From Peptococcaceae bacterium (GTDB lineage: Bacteria > Bacillota > Desulfitobacteriia > Desulfitobacteriales > Syntrophobotulaceae): DNA of 64,000 nt. The notes under the pieces are model-generated. The model made no database searches. It was given only the letters and a program-made list of their open reading frames with translations, and was not told the origin of the DNA. Of this stretch, positions 15,426-25,244 are shown in pieces (positions within the stretch are counted from its first letter, which is position 1; each line of letters begins with the position of its first letter). A program made the position numbers and the translations under genes. The DNA lies in the NCBI GenBank assembly GCA_012839895.1, contig DUML01000082.1, positions 11,255 to 75,254 on the forward strand, written 5' to 3'.

Positions 15426-18308
15426 TCAGTAACTAAAGACCTTCAACTTGGCATAACTCAATACTAAACAAAATTCATTAAAGTTCTGAGCTTGGGAACT
15501 TAACAAAAAAGTTGTTCCCTCGGCAGTGGATTCAACTTCAATCCTGGCCTTATGCCTTTGCGCTATACTAAAACAAATAGCTAAACCTAACCCGGTACCA
15601 TTTTCTTTAGTAGTAACAAAAGGCATCCCCAGCTTGTTAATTATCTGGGGAGCAATCCCTTGCCCTTGATCCTGAATGGCCATAATTATTTCGTTATTCT
15701 GGGAATAAGTCTTAATCCTGAGGCATCCTCTTTTAGGCATAGCTTCTAAACCATTGCGCACCAAGTTTAAAATTAATTGATACATTTCCTTTTTATCAAC
15801 TAAAACTTTGGGTATCTCCCCTAATTCCAGTTCAATAGTTTGGTCATTGTGAATAGCATCGGCTAAAATTAGGGGGTAGATGGCCTCAATCAGTAAATTA
15901 AGATTATACTCCTGCAAATCAATCATCTTATCTTTAGCCAGAGAAAGATACTCTCCTATAATGGAATTGGCTCTGTCAATCTCTTCAATCATTAGTTCAA
16001 AGTAGTGGGCATAGGGCAAACATTCTGGCTTGACTTGCAGAATTTGCAGAAAACCTCTTACCGTAGCCATTGGATTTCTAATCTCATGGCCAAAACCGGC
16101 TGCCATTTCCCCAATCAGGTTCAGCCTCTCCAGGCGAGCCATTTCTTTTTTCATTTGTTCGGCTTCGGTAACATCTTTGGCGATTACCACCACCCCCAAC
16201 AGATTACCTTCGTTATCAAAGGCTGGAAAAGACTTTATTTGCCAGCTTTTACCGTCCGGTGTGGTCATTATCTTCTGATCCGGCATCCCGGTTTTTAAAG
16301 TTGTTATCCCGGGGCACCCGGGGCAAGGAGTGTTTGCTCTCTGCCATAATTCATAACAAGAACGACCTACCAATTTCCCCGCTTTAAGTCCCAGATTTCC
16401 GGCTGCCGCGGAATTAGCCCACTTGATTTTCATATTAAGATCATGAAAGACAACGAGCTCCGAAATTGAACTAAGAATCAAGTCTTTTTCTTTTTCAGCT
16501 TCCTTCAGAGCATCAATCATGTATTGGCGTTCGGTAATATTACGGGCTATACCTTGAAAGCCAACCGGCAGACCATTTTGGTAAATCAATCTGATACTAA
16601 CTTCTATCCAGACTTTTTTTCCCTGTTTGGTCAGGGTCAAGACCGGATATGGGCTGATTTCAGTTGTGCTACCGGAAAGCTTGGCGTCTAATTTGTCCCG
16701 ACATAGTTGCCAGAAATCGGGATGAATAATCTGGTAGAGTTTCAGCTGACTGATTTCCTCGGCAGTATAGCCATAAGTTTTGAGCGTCGCTTTATTGCAG
16801 GATAAAAGTTTCCATTTCAAGTCGGAGATAAAGATAATGTCATAAGCGTTTTCAAATAAATCTTTATACTTTTCTTCACTTTCTTTAATCGCTTTAAGCG
16901 CTCTCTTGTTCTCTTCCACATAAGTAATTTTCTGCATAGCTATCTCCACTTGTTGCAACGCTGAATTAATAAATTCGGCTTCCAGAGGGGAAAAGCGCCG
17001 GGGCCGATTAAACTGGCTTAAAACCAGCGCATAATAACACCCGCTATTAAAAGCAAAAGGATACCAAAAGAAACTCTGAATCTTTAAGTTATGGTGAATA
17101 TGTTTTGCCATTTGTGCATTAATACTCTCCAGGCGATTATCATCCAAATGGCTTTCCAGTTTTGTTTTATTTTTGACAAAAAATCTTACGGCTGCTTCGT
17201 TACAATTCAAAAAATGGGAAGGAATTAACACTAGATTTTTCTTTTCTTCGGTGTATTGGCATTTCATTATTAATTTGTTTTGCTTGAGATTAATTTCAAA
17301 AACTATGCCGAGATCTGCCACAAGAGTTTCGACAATAATGCGAGTCATAGAATCTAGAATAATACCAGTCTGATCATTCCTGATTGTGACCTCAGCCAGT
17401 TTGGTTAAAGCTTGAGCAAATCTAAGCTGTTCTTCCAACTCTACTTTTTGCCGGTTTAGGATTGATTCAACGGCCTTGCGTTCGGAAATATCCCGAACAA
17501 CAGTTAAAACAGACTTTTTTCCGTTAAAATCTATGGAAACACTTTTGGTTTCACCGACCAGTGTCGAACCATAGGGGAAAACGAGAATTTCTTCGTTCAA
17601 AGGGACAGCTTCAGGGCTTTCCAATGCTTGATTAATTCTTTCCCTTACTACATCCTTGTACTGAGGATGGACAAAATCCATTATTTCCCGGTTAAGATAA
17701 TTCTGGGGTTCGCCCGTACCAAAAAATTTGGCGCCGGCTTGATTCAAATATTTAATTTTTCCTTCGCTATGTACCAGAATAATGTCCGGAGAAAGCTCCG
17801 CCAGCTTACGATACCTGTCTTCACTTGTTTTAAGCTCTTGCTGAAGCTTAATTCGCTCTGAGACATCTCTTTGCAGACTAGCCCAAGCAATTGTCCCACC
17901 ACGGGGTTCATAAACAGGAAAAACCTCAAACTCTCCCCAATAGATCGTTCCATCCTTCCGGCGCTGTTTCAAAATTCCCTTCCAGATCTCATTCCGCCTA
18001 ATAGTCTCCAAAATCTCAAGTTGGATGGCTGCGGCGTTTTCCTCAGCATTGAGAATTTCAGGTGATTTTCCGATTAACTCCGGTCTGCTGTACCCAGAAA
18101 TAATTTCAATGTCTTTATTGACATACATAATCTTACCCTGAAGATCAGTGATTATTACCCCAGCCGGCAAACTATTAAATACGGACAGCAGAGGAATCAT
18201 GGTCTTTTTATCTCCTTTGCAAATTATAATTAGCAAGAGATTATATGGAAAAGCGAGTTTTATATAGTTCTCTGTTGTAAAGAAAATATCCTTGGTAAAT
18301 ATTGTCAT
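15426..18308 (-). CDS. Multi-PAS sensor histidine kinase (orphan; sporulation-kinase-like H-box)
   Basis: Several PAS/PAC repeats, H-box FGHEIRNPMATVRGF, N-box LVRNGLEAM, and G-boxes DQGQGI / GTGLGL. No response regulator is adjacent. The start is uncertain; M37 (MIPLLSV) is possible. Confidence 0.85.
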   Translation of the reverse strand: MTIFTKDIFFTTENYIKLAFPYNLLLIIICKGDKKTMIPLLSVFNSLPAGVIITDLQGKIMYVNKDIEIISGYSRPELIGKSPEILNAEENAAAIQLEILETIRRNEIWKGILKQRRKDGTIYWGEFEVFPVYEPRGGTIAWASLQRDVSERIKLQQELKTSEDRYRKLAELSPDIILVHSEGKIKYLNQAGAKFFGTGEPQNYLNREIMDFVHPQYKDVVRERINQALESPEAVPLNEEILVFPYGSTLVGETKSVSIDFNGKKSVLTVVRDISERKAVESILNRQKVELEEQLRFAQALTKLAEVTIRNDQTGIILDSMTRIIVETLVADLGIVFEINLKQNKLIMKCQYTEEKKNLVLIPSHFLNCNEAAVRFFVKNKTKLESHLDDNRLESINAQMAKHIHHNLKIQSFFWYPFAFNSGCYYALVLSQFNRPRRFSPLEAEFINSALQQVEIAMQKITYVEENKRALKAIKESEEKYKDLFENAYDIIFISDLKWKLLSCNKATLKTYGYTAEEISQLKLYQIIHPDFWQLCRDKLDAKLSGSTTEISPYPVLTLTKQGKKVWIEVSIRLIYQNGLPVGFQGIARNITERQYMIDALKEAEKEKDLILSSISELVVFHDLNMKIKWANSAAAGNLGLKAGKLVGRSCYELWQRANTPCPGCPGITTLKTGMPDQKIMTTPDGKSWQIKSFPAFDNEGNLLGVVVIAKDVTEAEQMKKEMARLERLNLIGEMAAGFGHEIRNPMATVRGFLQILQVKPECLPYAHYFELMIEEIDRANSIIGEYLSLAKDKMIDLQEYNLNLLIEAIYPLILADAIHNDQTIELELGEIPKVLVDKKEMYQLILNLVRNGLEAMPKRGCLRIKTYSQNNEIIMAIQDQGQGIAPQIINKLGMPFVTTKENGTGLGLAICFSIAQRHKARIEVESTAEGTTFLLSSQAQNFNEFCLVLSYAKLKVFSY

Positions 18309-18405
18309 AATTAGTCAGAAAGGATAAAACTTATCGTCAAATTTTTCCTTCTGACTTACATGAATTATCCTGCACTTCCATATCTGTTATTTCCAGATAG
18401 CTAAC

Positions 18406-18436
18406 AAAAAAAAAGACTGACTTAAAGAAACCAGCC
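18406..18436 (-). terminator. Weak rho-independent terminator after rnhB
   Basis: On the minus strand: ggctg / cagtc 5-bp stem (one G-U), 12-nt loop, followed by U9 (A9 at 18406-18414 on plus). Confidence 0.4.
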
Positions 18437-18476
18437 TTTTATTTTAAAAGTTTAATTATTCAGCTTGAAAGTATAT

Positions 18477-19121
18477 TTAACCAAGTTCCCCGGAAGCGGT
18501 CGCCTTCTCCTTAAGAGGGGAAAAACTTCGCCTATGCAAGGGACAAGGGCCAAATTTTTTGAGGGCTTCAAGGTGAAGTCTTGTTGGATAACCTTTATGT
18601 AAATCAAAACTATACTCGGGATAAAGCTTATGCATTTTACACATAAATTCATCTCTTGTTACTTTAGCCAGGATTGAAGCGGCAGCTATACTGGCACTAA
18701 GCGCATCCCCGTCAATAACGGCTTTTTGAGGGATACTAATAGCCAATTCATCCCGGCCGTCGATTAGAACATAATCAGGGCTTAAAGTTAGCTTAGCCAA
18801 GGCTCTTTTCATAGCAAGTTTAGTAGCCTGCAAAATATTGAGCTGATCGATCTCTTCAGGTGAAGCCGAGCCTATGGAATAAGCTAAAGCCTGTTCTTTG
18901 ATCTTGGAAAAAAGTTCTTCTCTTTTCTTTTGTGTGAGCTTTTTGGAATCATTTAAGCCAGGAAGGTCAATTTTCCTTGGCAGAATACAAGCAGCAGCAA
19001 CTACCGGGCCAGCCAAAGGTCCCCTGCCGGCTTCATCAACCCCGGCGATCAAATTGTAACCTTCTTGGTAGAGCATACTTTCGATTTGCAACAAATTACT
19101 TATTCTCGTGGACTCATCCAC
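18477..19121 (-). CDS. rnhB: Ribonuclease HII
   Basis: GVDEAGRGPLAGPVV and DSKKL motifs; conserved position after rbgA. Confidence 0.92.
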   Translation of the reverse strand: MDESTRISNLLQIESMLYQEGYNLIAGVDEAGRGPLAGPVVAAACILPRKIDLPGLNDSKKLTQKKREELFSKIKEQALAYSIGSASPEEIDQLNILQATKLAMKRALAKLTLSPDYVLIDGRDELAISIPQKAVIDGDALSASIAAASILAKVTRDEFMCKMHKLYPEYSFDLHKGYPTRLHLEALKKFGPCPLHRRSFSPLKEKATASGELG

Positions 19122-19160
19122 TGGATTACAACTCCCTTTCCGGACTTCCTCCTCTTATTT

Positions 19161-19985
19161 CTAATCCATTGTTACTTTGGCTATTTTCCCATTGCGAAAT
19201 TCACGCAAAAAAATCTGCGCAGCTTTTAGAGTATCAATCCGGCCACCACTAAGAAGACAACCTCTTTTTTGGCCAATATTTTCCAGGTTCAATTCACCGC
19301 CTGCCAGCCCATAATGAACTTGGAGTTCTTGTGGGTAATTCAAATTTAGCCATCCTAACAGCCAATTGGCAAGTTCTTCTTGATCAAAGACCTCATCGCG
19401 AATGGCTCCGGTTGCCGCTAATTTGCGACCGACTTCAGGGTCGTCGAATTTAGGCCACAACAACCCCGGGGTATCTAACAGTTCTACCTTGGAATGGATG
19501 CGAATCCACTGATTGCCCTTGGTCACACCCGGTTTGTTACCAGTTTTGGCCTGAGCTCCTCCGGTTAATTGATTAATAAGGGATGATTTGCCGATATTCG
19601 GAATACCCACCACCATTGCTCTTAGCGGCCTTCCGCCGACTCCCTTTAGAGCTAAGCGCTCCACTTTTGGGGCCATAATTTTTTCCAGCAAAGGAACAAT
19701 TCTGTTAATCCCGGCTCTGGTCTGAGCACTGACGGCTATAACCGGGCTTTCCGTTCCTAAACGAAGGAGCCATTGTTCAGTTTTGGCGCTGTCTGCCAAA
19801 TCAGCTTTATTCAACACTAACAGCTTGGGCTTTTTCCCCAATAAGCTCTGCAAAAGAGGATTACGGCTGCTTAAGGGCAGACGAGCGTCTCCTAATTCCA
19901 ACACAACGTCAACCCAACGCAGTTGCTCTTCGAGTTTTCTTTTTGCCTTGGTCATATGACCGGGAAACCATTGTATATTCATCAT
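19161..19985 (-). CDS. rbgA: Ribosome biogenesis GTPase A (YlqF/RbgA)
   Basis: IQWFPGHMTKAKR N-terminus and circularly permuted GTPase motifs (NKADL ... GIPNIGKSS). Confidence 0.92.
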   Translation of the reverse strand: MMNIQWFPGHMTKAKRKLEEQLRWVDVVLELGDARLPLSSRNPLLQSLLGKKPKLLVLNKADLADSAKTEQWLLRLGTESPVIAVSAQTRAGINRIVPLLEKIMAPKVERLALKGVGGRPLRAMVVGIPNIGKSSLINQLTGGAQAKTGNKPGVTKGNQWIRIHSKVELLDTPGLLWPKFDDPEVGRKLAATGAIRDEVFDQEELANWLLGWLNLNYPQELQVHYGLAGGELNLENIGQKRGCLLSGGRIDTLKAAQIFLREFRNGKIAKVTMD

Positions 19986-20085
19986 AGACCCCTAAATTAG
20001 CGTTAAATGTTTTTTCAATTGAACCGGCACTTAATATTTGGCAATTAAGGATTTACCATAATATGTACATGTACCTCAACAGTTT

Positions 20086-20113
20086 AAAAAAGGAGCTGAA
20101 TTTCTCCAGCTCC
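20086..20113 (-). terminator. Rho-independent terminator after rplS
   Basis: ggagctg (20092-20098) / cagctcc (20107-20113) with A6 at 20086-20091, giving U6 after the hairpin on the minus strand. Confidence 0.8.
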
Positions 20114-20130
20114 TTTTTGTATTTTTCTGC

Positions 20131-20472
20131 TTAGCGGCGTTCCCGAATACGGGCTGCCTTTCCATAAAGATCGCGAATGTAATAAAGTTTTGCTCTGCGA
20201 ACTATACCTTTACGTACAACTTCAATCTTTTCTATACGTGGAGAATGAAGGGGAAAAGTTCTTTCCACACCAACACCGTTAGAAACTCGGCGTACGGTAA
20301 ATGTTTCCCTTAATCCATCACCTTTTCTTCTAATTACCAAGCCCTCAAAAACCTGGATACGTTCCCGGGATCCTTCCACAATTTTGACATGGACTTTGAC
20401 TGTATCCCCGGGACGGAATGAAGGAATATCAGTTCTTAATTGCTGTTCTTCGACCATGCGAATATAATCCAT
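20131..20472 (-). CDS. rplS: 50S ribosomal protein L19
   Basis: [29 protein letters not shown] is the canonical L19 sequence. Confidence 0.95.
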   Translation of the reverse strand: MDYIRMVEEQQLRTDIPSFRPGDTVKVHVKIVEGSRERIQVFEGLVIRRKGDGLRETFTVRRVSNGVGVERTFPLHSPRIEKIEVVRKGIVRRAKLYYIRDLYGKAARIRERR

Positions 20473-20569
20473 TATTTATTCCCCCCTTCCTTGCCTAGAT
20501 GTTCGTTAACTTCTTCTAGGATTCTGAACTCCTGTAAGCCAGAGGACCATCCGTTTTACACACTGTACT

Positions 20570-20598
20570 ATATTACCATAGACCTAAAAAATTCGCAA
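20570..20598 (-). promoter_or_regulatory. Candidate sigma-A promoter for rplS, leaving an approximately 90-nt leader
   Basis: Minus strand TTGCGA (20593-20598), 17-nt spacer, TAATAT (20570-20575). The leader contains small hairpins. Identity with the Rfam L19 leader cannot be verified by eye. Confidence 0.5.
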
Positions 20599-20634
20599 CA
20601 CTGCAGAATAAAAAACAGAACTCACTTTAAGTAT

Positions 20635-21195
20635 TTACTGCCCTCTTAAACGATCCAAAATTATGGCTGCAGCCGAACGGACAGAAAGATGATTATATTC
20701 CCCCGGCCCATAAATTGGTTTCAGGATATAGTCTGCTTTTTCCACATCTTCTTTTAAAAGCCCCCACCCGGTACCAAAAAGGAGCACATAAACATCCTCT
20801 TCACTATTTAGTTTTTCACGGAGCTCACGATATTCAATAGTATTAGGATATAGTCTGGCATCTGTAGCCACGGAGTATACTTTCTTCCCGAGCTGTTCAT
20901 TTTTGATGTCAGCCAAGGCTTCTTGCCAGGTGGCTACCAGTCGTACCCTTTCGAAAGCCTCATAACGGTCAGGATTATATTCTGCCCCGTACCCTTCCAG
21001 CCAAAAACTCATAATCCGGCGGGCCAAATCCCGTTGAGCAGGTGCCGGATGGATAACATAGTAAGCCTTTACCCCAAATGTTGCCGAACTTCGAGCTATA
21101 TCATGCAGATCTAAATTAGTAATCGAAGTAGCAATTGTCTCCATATGTTTATTATAGACAGGCGCATGTATTAATGCCACGTACAGTTCACCCAT
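20635..21195 (-). CDS. Putative SPOUT-like SAM-dependent RNA methyltransferase (conserved protein between trmD and rplS)
   Basis: The pattern LYVALIHAPVYNK...ITNLDLHDIARS...VYVLLFGTGWGL resembles, from memory, the uncharacterised RNA-methyltransferase family found next to trmD in Thermotogae/Clostridia. ATG 21195 lies 4 nt after GGGGGTG. Confidence 0.55.
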   Translation of the reverse strand: MGELYVALIHAPVYNKHMETIATSITNLDLHDIARSSATFGVKAYYVIHPAPAQRDLARRIMSFWLEGYGAEYNPDRYEAFERVRLVATWQEALADIKNEQLGKKVYSVATDARLYPNTIEYRELREKLNSEEDVYVLLFGTGWGLLKEDVEKADYILKPIYGPGEYNHLSVRSAAAIILDRLRGQ

Positions 21196-21216
21196 AAGGC
21201 ACCCCCACAATAAGTA

Positions 21217-22050
21217 TTATTCTCCTTGAGAATCCGGCTTAGCCTGATCAGAAGCTTTAGTTCTGCGTTTAAGTTTTGGCCGGGGCCGAAAGCGCTCCCA
21301 TTTGGCCCGATGCCTTGCGAGTTCAGGATACTCTTGAGCCAATTCTTCTAAAAGCTCGTAGTCACTGGCCATAAATTCAGCTTTAGCAAATAAATCCGGG
21401 CGCCGCAGAAAGGTCCGGCGCAAAGATTCTTTTCGCCGCCAAGCTTCAATTTTAGCATGATGCCCGGAAAGAAGGATTTCCGGTACCTTCATCCCCATAA
21501 ACTCCGGGGGCCGAGTATACTGCGGATATTCCAATAGCCCCTGACTGTAGGAATCATGTTCAAAAGATGACTCTTTCCCCAAAACCCCGGGTATTAACCT
21601 GGCTACTGAATCAATAATGACCATCGCGGCCAGTTCTCCACCCGTCAACACATAATTGCCAATAGATAGTTCCTCATCCGCCCAAGACCTGATCCGCTCG
21701 TCAAACCCTTCATAATGGCCGCAGAGAAAAATCAATTCATCGAAAGCGGTTAGCCGCATTGCTGTTTCTTGATCATAGATTTTCCCCTGAGGAGATAACA
21801 AGATTATTCTTTGCTTGCAATTAGTTTTGCGGATATCCTGAAGAGCAAAATAAATCGGTTCCGGTTTTAAAACCATCCCACTTCCGCCGCCATAGGGGAT
21901 ATCGTCAACATTTTTGTGTTTACTTGCGGCATAATCCCGAAAATTGACTAGGCTAATTTCAATTAGGCCGGCTTCTTGAGCCCGCTTTAAAATACTCTCC
22001 TTGAGCGGAGCAAACATTTCGGGAAAGATTGTCAGTACAGTAAACTTCAT
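21217..22050 (-). CDS. trmD: tRNA (guanine37-N1)-methyltransferase, with about 35-aa basic C-terminal extension
   Basis: TIFPEMF, YGGGSGMVLKPEP and GHYEGFDER motifs. The extra tail is AKWERFRPRPKLKRRTKASDQAKPDSQGE. Confidence 0.95.
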   Translation of the reverse strand: MKFTVLTIFPEMFAPLKESILKRAQEAGLIEISLVNFRDYAASKHKNVDDIPYGGGSGMVLKPEPIYFALQDIRKTNCKQRIILLSPQGKIYDQETAMRLTAFDELIFLCGHYEGFDERIRSWADEELSIGNYVLTGGELAAMVIIDSVARLIPGVLGKESSFEHDSYSQGLLEYPQYTRPPEFMGMKVPEILLSGHHAKIEAWRRKESLRRTFLRRPDLFAKAEFMASDYELLEELAQEYPELARHRAKWERFRPRPKLKRRTKASDQAKPDSQGE

Positions 22051-22092
22051 TCTTTAACCCTCGTCCCCAAGCTTAAAATCAGAAGTCCCGGC

Positions 22093-22596
22093 TTAATCGT
22101 CCAAGAGCCCCGGAGGCAAGATAACATCCATTCTTTTGGCCTCAACATCAACTTTTTTGACCACTGATTTTAAAGCCGGAATACAAAACTGGCCTTTTTC
22201 ACCTTGGACAATATAAATATCATTAGCACCAGTCTCTTGGACCCTGAGTAAAGTACCTAAAAAAGCATCATTTTCATAGACCTTCATGCCTTCTAATTCA
22301 AAATAATACCAACGATCTTTGAGGGGAGGAACTTCCGAGCGGTCCACCCTCACCTGAAATCCCCGGTATTTTTCAGCATCCTCGGGAGTATCCAAACCTT
22401 TAAGCTTTAAATAAACCATACCTTTGGGATCGATCCGGGCACTCTCCACTTCATAGCAAACCGTGCTTTTCCCCTGGGTTAGAAATACTTTTTGGAGCTT
22501 TTGAAAGCGGGTCGGGTTGTCTGTTAAAGGATAAACCTTAATTTCACCCTTAATTCCCTGCGGTTTCAGGATTTCGCCTACTACAACAGTTTCCAT
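22093..22596 (-). CDS. rimM: 16S rRNA processing protein RimM
   Basis: VVVGEILKPQGIKGEIKVYPLTDNP plus a PRC barrel. The start is moved to ATG 22596 (METVVVG) after AAAGGA; the ORF-track start is 22659. Confidence 0.9.
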   Translation of the reverse strand: METVVVGEILKPQGIKGEIKVYPLTDNPTRFQKLQKVFLTQGKSTVCYEVESARIDPKGMVYLKLKGLDTPEDAEKYRGFQVRVDRSEVPPLKDRWYYFELEGMKVYENDAFLGTLLRVQETGANDIYIVQGEKGQFCIPALKSVVKKVDVEAKRMDVILPPGLLDD

Positions 22597-22721
22597 CGGT
22601 AACGTCCTTTCTGTCTTAGCCATAATACCAATACTCAGCTTGGCCCCAAAACACCGCAAAAAAATTTCTTTATCTTCAACTGGATCTGATAATATTATTT
22701 CCTCATAAATGGGTAAAAGTC

Positions 22722-22744
22722 AAAAAGGGCTGCAAGCCCTTTTT
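22722..22744 (-). terminator. Intra-operon terminator/attenuator between the KH-protein gene and rimM
   Basis: Minus strand agggct-tgc-agccct (22726-22740) followed by UUUU(GA)CUUUU. Confidence 0.55.
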
Positions 22745-22748
22745 AAAT

Positions 22749-22994
22749 TTACTGGTCAATATCAACAATAACCCTGCGGCCATCTTTCACAGCGGCAGCC
22801 TTAACTATGGTTCGAATCGCATTAGCAATTTTGCCTTGTTTGCCGATAACCTTCCCCATGTCCTCAGGAGCAACCGTTAGTTGGAGATGAACAGTCCTCT
22901 CAGTAGTGTTTTGTGCGACGATAACCTGATCCGGATTATCGACCAAAGCTTTAGCCAACACTTCTACAACTTCCTTCACAGGAGTCACCCCCAT
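22749..22994 (-). CDS. KH-domain RNA-binding protein (YlqC family)
   Basis: VIGKQGKIANAIRTIVKAAA is the KH GxxG core, and the position between rpsP and rimM is conserved. An alternative GTG start at 22979 (6 nt after GGGGTG) is plausible. Confidence 0.85.
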   Translation of the reverse strand: MGVTPVKEVVEVLAKALVDNPDQVIVAQNTTERTVHLQLTVAPEDMGKVIGKQGKIANAIRTIVKAAAVKDGRRVIVDIDQ

Positions 22995-22996
22995 GT

Positions 22997-23260
22997 TTAC
23001 TTGGATTTATGAAATTTTTCCATAATCCCGGCTTGACTGAGTAGGGATCTGGCTGTTTCTGAAGGCTGAGCTCCTTTATGCAACCATTCCAAGGCTTTAA
23101 TCTCATTAATTTTAATCTCATGAGGATTTTTCGTGGGGTCGTAATAGCCAATTTCTTCAATAGCTTTTCCGTCACGGCGGGAAGCTGAATCACAGACTAC
23201 CAGACGGTAAAAAGGATTCTTTTTGGCACCCATACGACGCAGACGAATTGATGTTGCCAT
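22997..23260 (-). CDS. rpsP: 30S ribosomal protein S16
   Basis: [22 protein letters not shown] is the canonical S16 N-terminus. ATG 23260 is preceded by AAGGAGGTGA; the ORF-track start 23290 is rejected. Confidence 0.95.
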   Translation of the reverse strand: MATSIRLRRMGAKKNPFYRLVVCDSASRRDGKAIEEIGYYDPTKNPHEIKINEIKALEWLHKGAQPSETARSLLSQAGIMEKFHKSK

Positions 23261-23319
23261 GTATTTCACCTCCTTAGCAAGGTCTAACAATGTTAGTCAA
23301 ATAGAACAAAAGCTATGCA

Positions 23320-24732
23320 TTAAAAAGGAAAAGGGAACTTCAAAAATGGTTTTTTACCCTGTCCGCCTTTTTTGCCTTTCTTGCCCTTCTTAGAGCTCTT
23401 ACCGGTAGCTTTGGGCATTCCTTTACCCCCGCCCATTCCGGGAAGAGCGGAAAGCTGTTTCAGCATTTTTTTAGTTTGCTCGTACTGTTTGAGAAGCTTG
23501 CCAACATCTTGAATAGTTGTGCCGCTACCCTTGGCAATCCTCTTTTTCCGGGAGTCTTTAATCAGCTCCGGTTTCCTTCTTTCTTCCGGAGTCATGGAAC
23601 AAATAATTGCTTCTATTTTCGTAAATTCTTTTTCATCTATTTGCACATCTTTGAGTTGTTTTCCCATCCCAGGAATCATTTCTAGAATGGAAGAAAGAGG
23701 TCCCATCTTGCGAAGCTGTTTTATTTGATCCAAAAAGTCTTCCAGGTTCAGTTCCTGCTTGCGGATCTTTTCTTCCATTTCCCTGGCTTTTTTTTCATCA
23801 GAATTTTGTTGGGCTTTTTCTATTAGGGTCAGGACATCACCCATCCCTAAAATCCTAGAAGCCATTCTATCGGGATGAAATACTTCCAAAGTATCTATTT
23901 TTTCGCCCATCCCGGCAAATTTAATGGGACAACCGGTAACAGCCTTAACTGAAAGGGCGGCACCGCCTCGGGTATCACCGTCAAGCTTGGCAAGGATAAC
24001 ACCGCTTAGCCCCAATTGATTATTAAAAGCTTCAGCCACATTTACGGCATCCTGACCGGTCATGGCGTCAACTACCAGCAGGATTTCCTGGGGGTTAACC
24101 TTTTCCTTGATCTTTGTTAACTCCTCCATCAGTTCGGCATTAATATGCAAACGGCCGGCGGTATCGATAATTAGAACATCATTGCCGTTTTTCTTAGCCC
24201 ACTCCAGGCTATCTTCGGCTATTTTTACCGGAGAAATTTGCCCCTCAGAAAAGACAGGAACTTTAATTTGTTCTCCTAAAACTTCCAGCTGCTTAATAGC
24301 TGCCGGGCGGTAAATATCACAGGCCACAAGCAGCGGACGTTTTCCTTGTTTTTTGAGCAAATTGGCCAGTTTGGCTCCCTGGGTGGTCTTACCGGCACCC
24401 TGCAATCCAACCAGCATTATAACAGTAGGCGGTTTAGGGGCGATTTGAATTTTGCTTTCAGAGCCTCCCATTAAATTAATCATTTCTTCATAAACTATTT
24501 TAATGACCTGTTGACCGGGAGTAAGAGACTCCAGTACTTCCTGACCTACAGCCCTTTCCTTAATACGAGCTATAAAATCCTTAACAACCTTAAAGCTAAC
24601 ATCTGCCTCCAACAGGGCTACCCGAACCTCACGCATGGCTTCATTAACGTCAGCTTCGGTTAATTTGCCTTTACCTCTCAGCCGTTTAAAAGTAGCCTGA
24701 AGTTTTTCACTTAAGCCTTCGAACATTGCCAT
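23320..24732 (-). CDS. ffh: Signal recognition particle protein Ffh
   Basis: NG domain (GLQGAGKTT, DTAGR), Met-rich M domain, and Lys/Gly-rich C-tail. Confidence 0.95.
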   Translation of the reverse strand: MAMFEGLSEKLQATFKRLRGKGKLTEADVNEAMREVRVALLEADVSFKVVKDFIARIKERAVGQEVLESLTPGQQVIKIVYEEMINLMGGSESKIQIAPKPPTVIMLVGLQGAGKTTQGAKLANLLKKQGKRPLLVACDIYRPAAIKQLEVLGEQIKVPVFSEGQISPVKIAEDSLEWAKKNGNDVLIIDTAGRLHINAELMEELTKIKEKVNPQEILLVVDAMTGQDAVNVAEAFNNQLGLSGVILAKLDGDTRGGAALSVKAVTGCPIKFAGMGEKIDTLEVFHPDRMASRILGMGDVLTLIEKAQQNSDEKKAREMEEKIRKQELNLEDFLDQIKQLRKMGPLSSILEMIPGMGKQLKDVQIDEKEFTKIEAIICSMTPEERRKPELIKDSRKKRIAKGSGTTIQDVGKLLKQYEQTKKMLKQLSALPGMGGGKGMPKATGKSSKKGKKGKKGGQGKKPFLKFPFPF

Positions 24733-24863
24733 GCTTGTTCCTTCTTTCCATTAAAAAATCATTCTTTAAGGAATCTTTCTTTTAGAAATCGCAAACCATT
24801 TCACTATATTTTTTCGTAGCTTACATCAACCTGGAAGCTAGAGTCTAAAGTTTCAAAGCCGCT

Positions 24864-25244
24864 TTATTGCATATCCGAATCTTCCAAGGTATCAACAATT
24901 ATTTCTTTAATACGGGCTGTGATTTCTTGCTGGCGCTGCCAGGCAGCCTCAGTGGCAAAATCATTCTTCGTGATACTATCAAGCAAAGCCTCAATCCGCG
25001 TCAGTTTGTCCCGTTCCTTCAGGAAGCGTTTGACAAGGCCTAATTTTTGTTCATAACCTTCTAAAATCCGCTCCGTTCGTTTCAATAAATCATAAACTGC
25101 CTGACGGCTGATCCCTTCCTGTTCGGCAATTTCAGAGAGAGAATAATCCTCTTGGTAATATAAATCCCAGATTTTCGCCTGTTTAGCCGTTAGTAAAGGC
25201 CCATAAAAGTCAAACAACAATGCCGTTTCGGCAATCTGTTTCAT
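24864..25244 (-). CDS. ylxM: YlxM/UPF0122 putative HTH protein preceding ffh
   Basis: LFDFYGPLLTAKQ...YYQEDYSLSEIAEQEGISRQAVYD is a sigma-70 region-4-like HTH. The position upstream of ffh is conserved. Confidence 0.85.
   Translation of the reverse strand: MKQIAETALLFDFYGPLLTAKQAKIWDLYYQEDYSLSEIAEQEGISRQAVYDLLKRTERILEGYEQKLGLVKRFLKERDKLTRIEALLDSITKNDFATEAAWQRQQEITARIKEIIVDTLEDSDMQ

Noticed and set aside
20473-20569. Calling the rplS 5' leader the Rfam L19 ribosomal-protein leader
   Set aside because: The position is right and small hairpins exist (tcct/agga; ctaga...tctag). I cannot recall the consensus well enough to match it, so only the promoter candidate is reported.
22951-23193. 80-aa minus-strand ORF overlapping rpsP and the KH-protein gene
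   Set aside because: It is out of frame with two highly conserved genes on the same strand and has no independent support.
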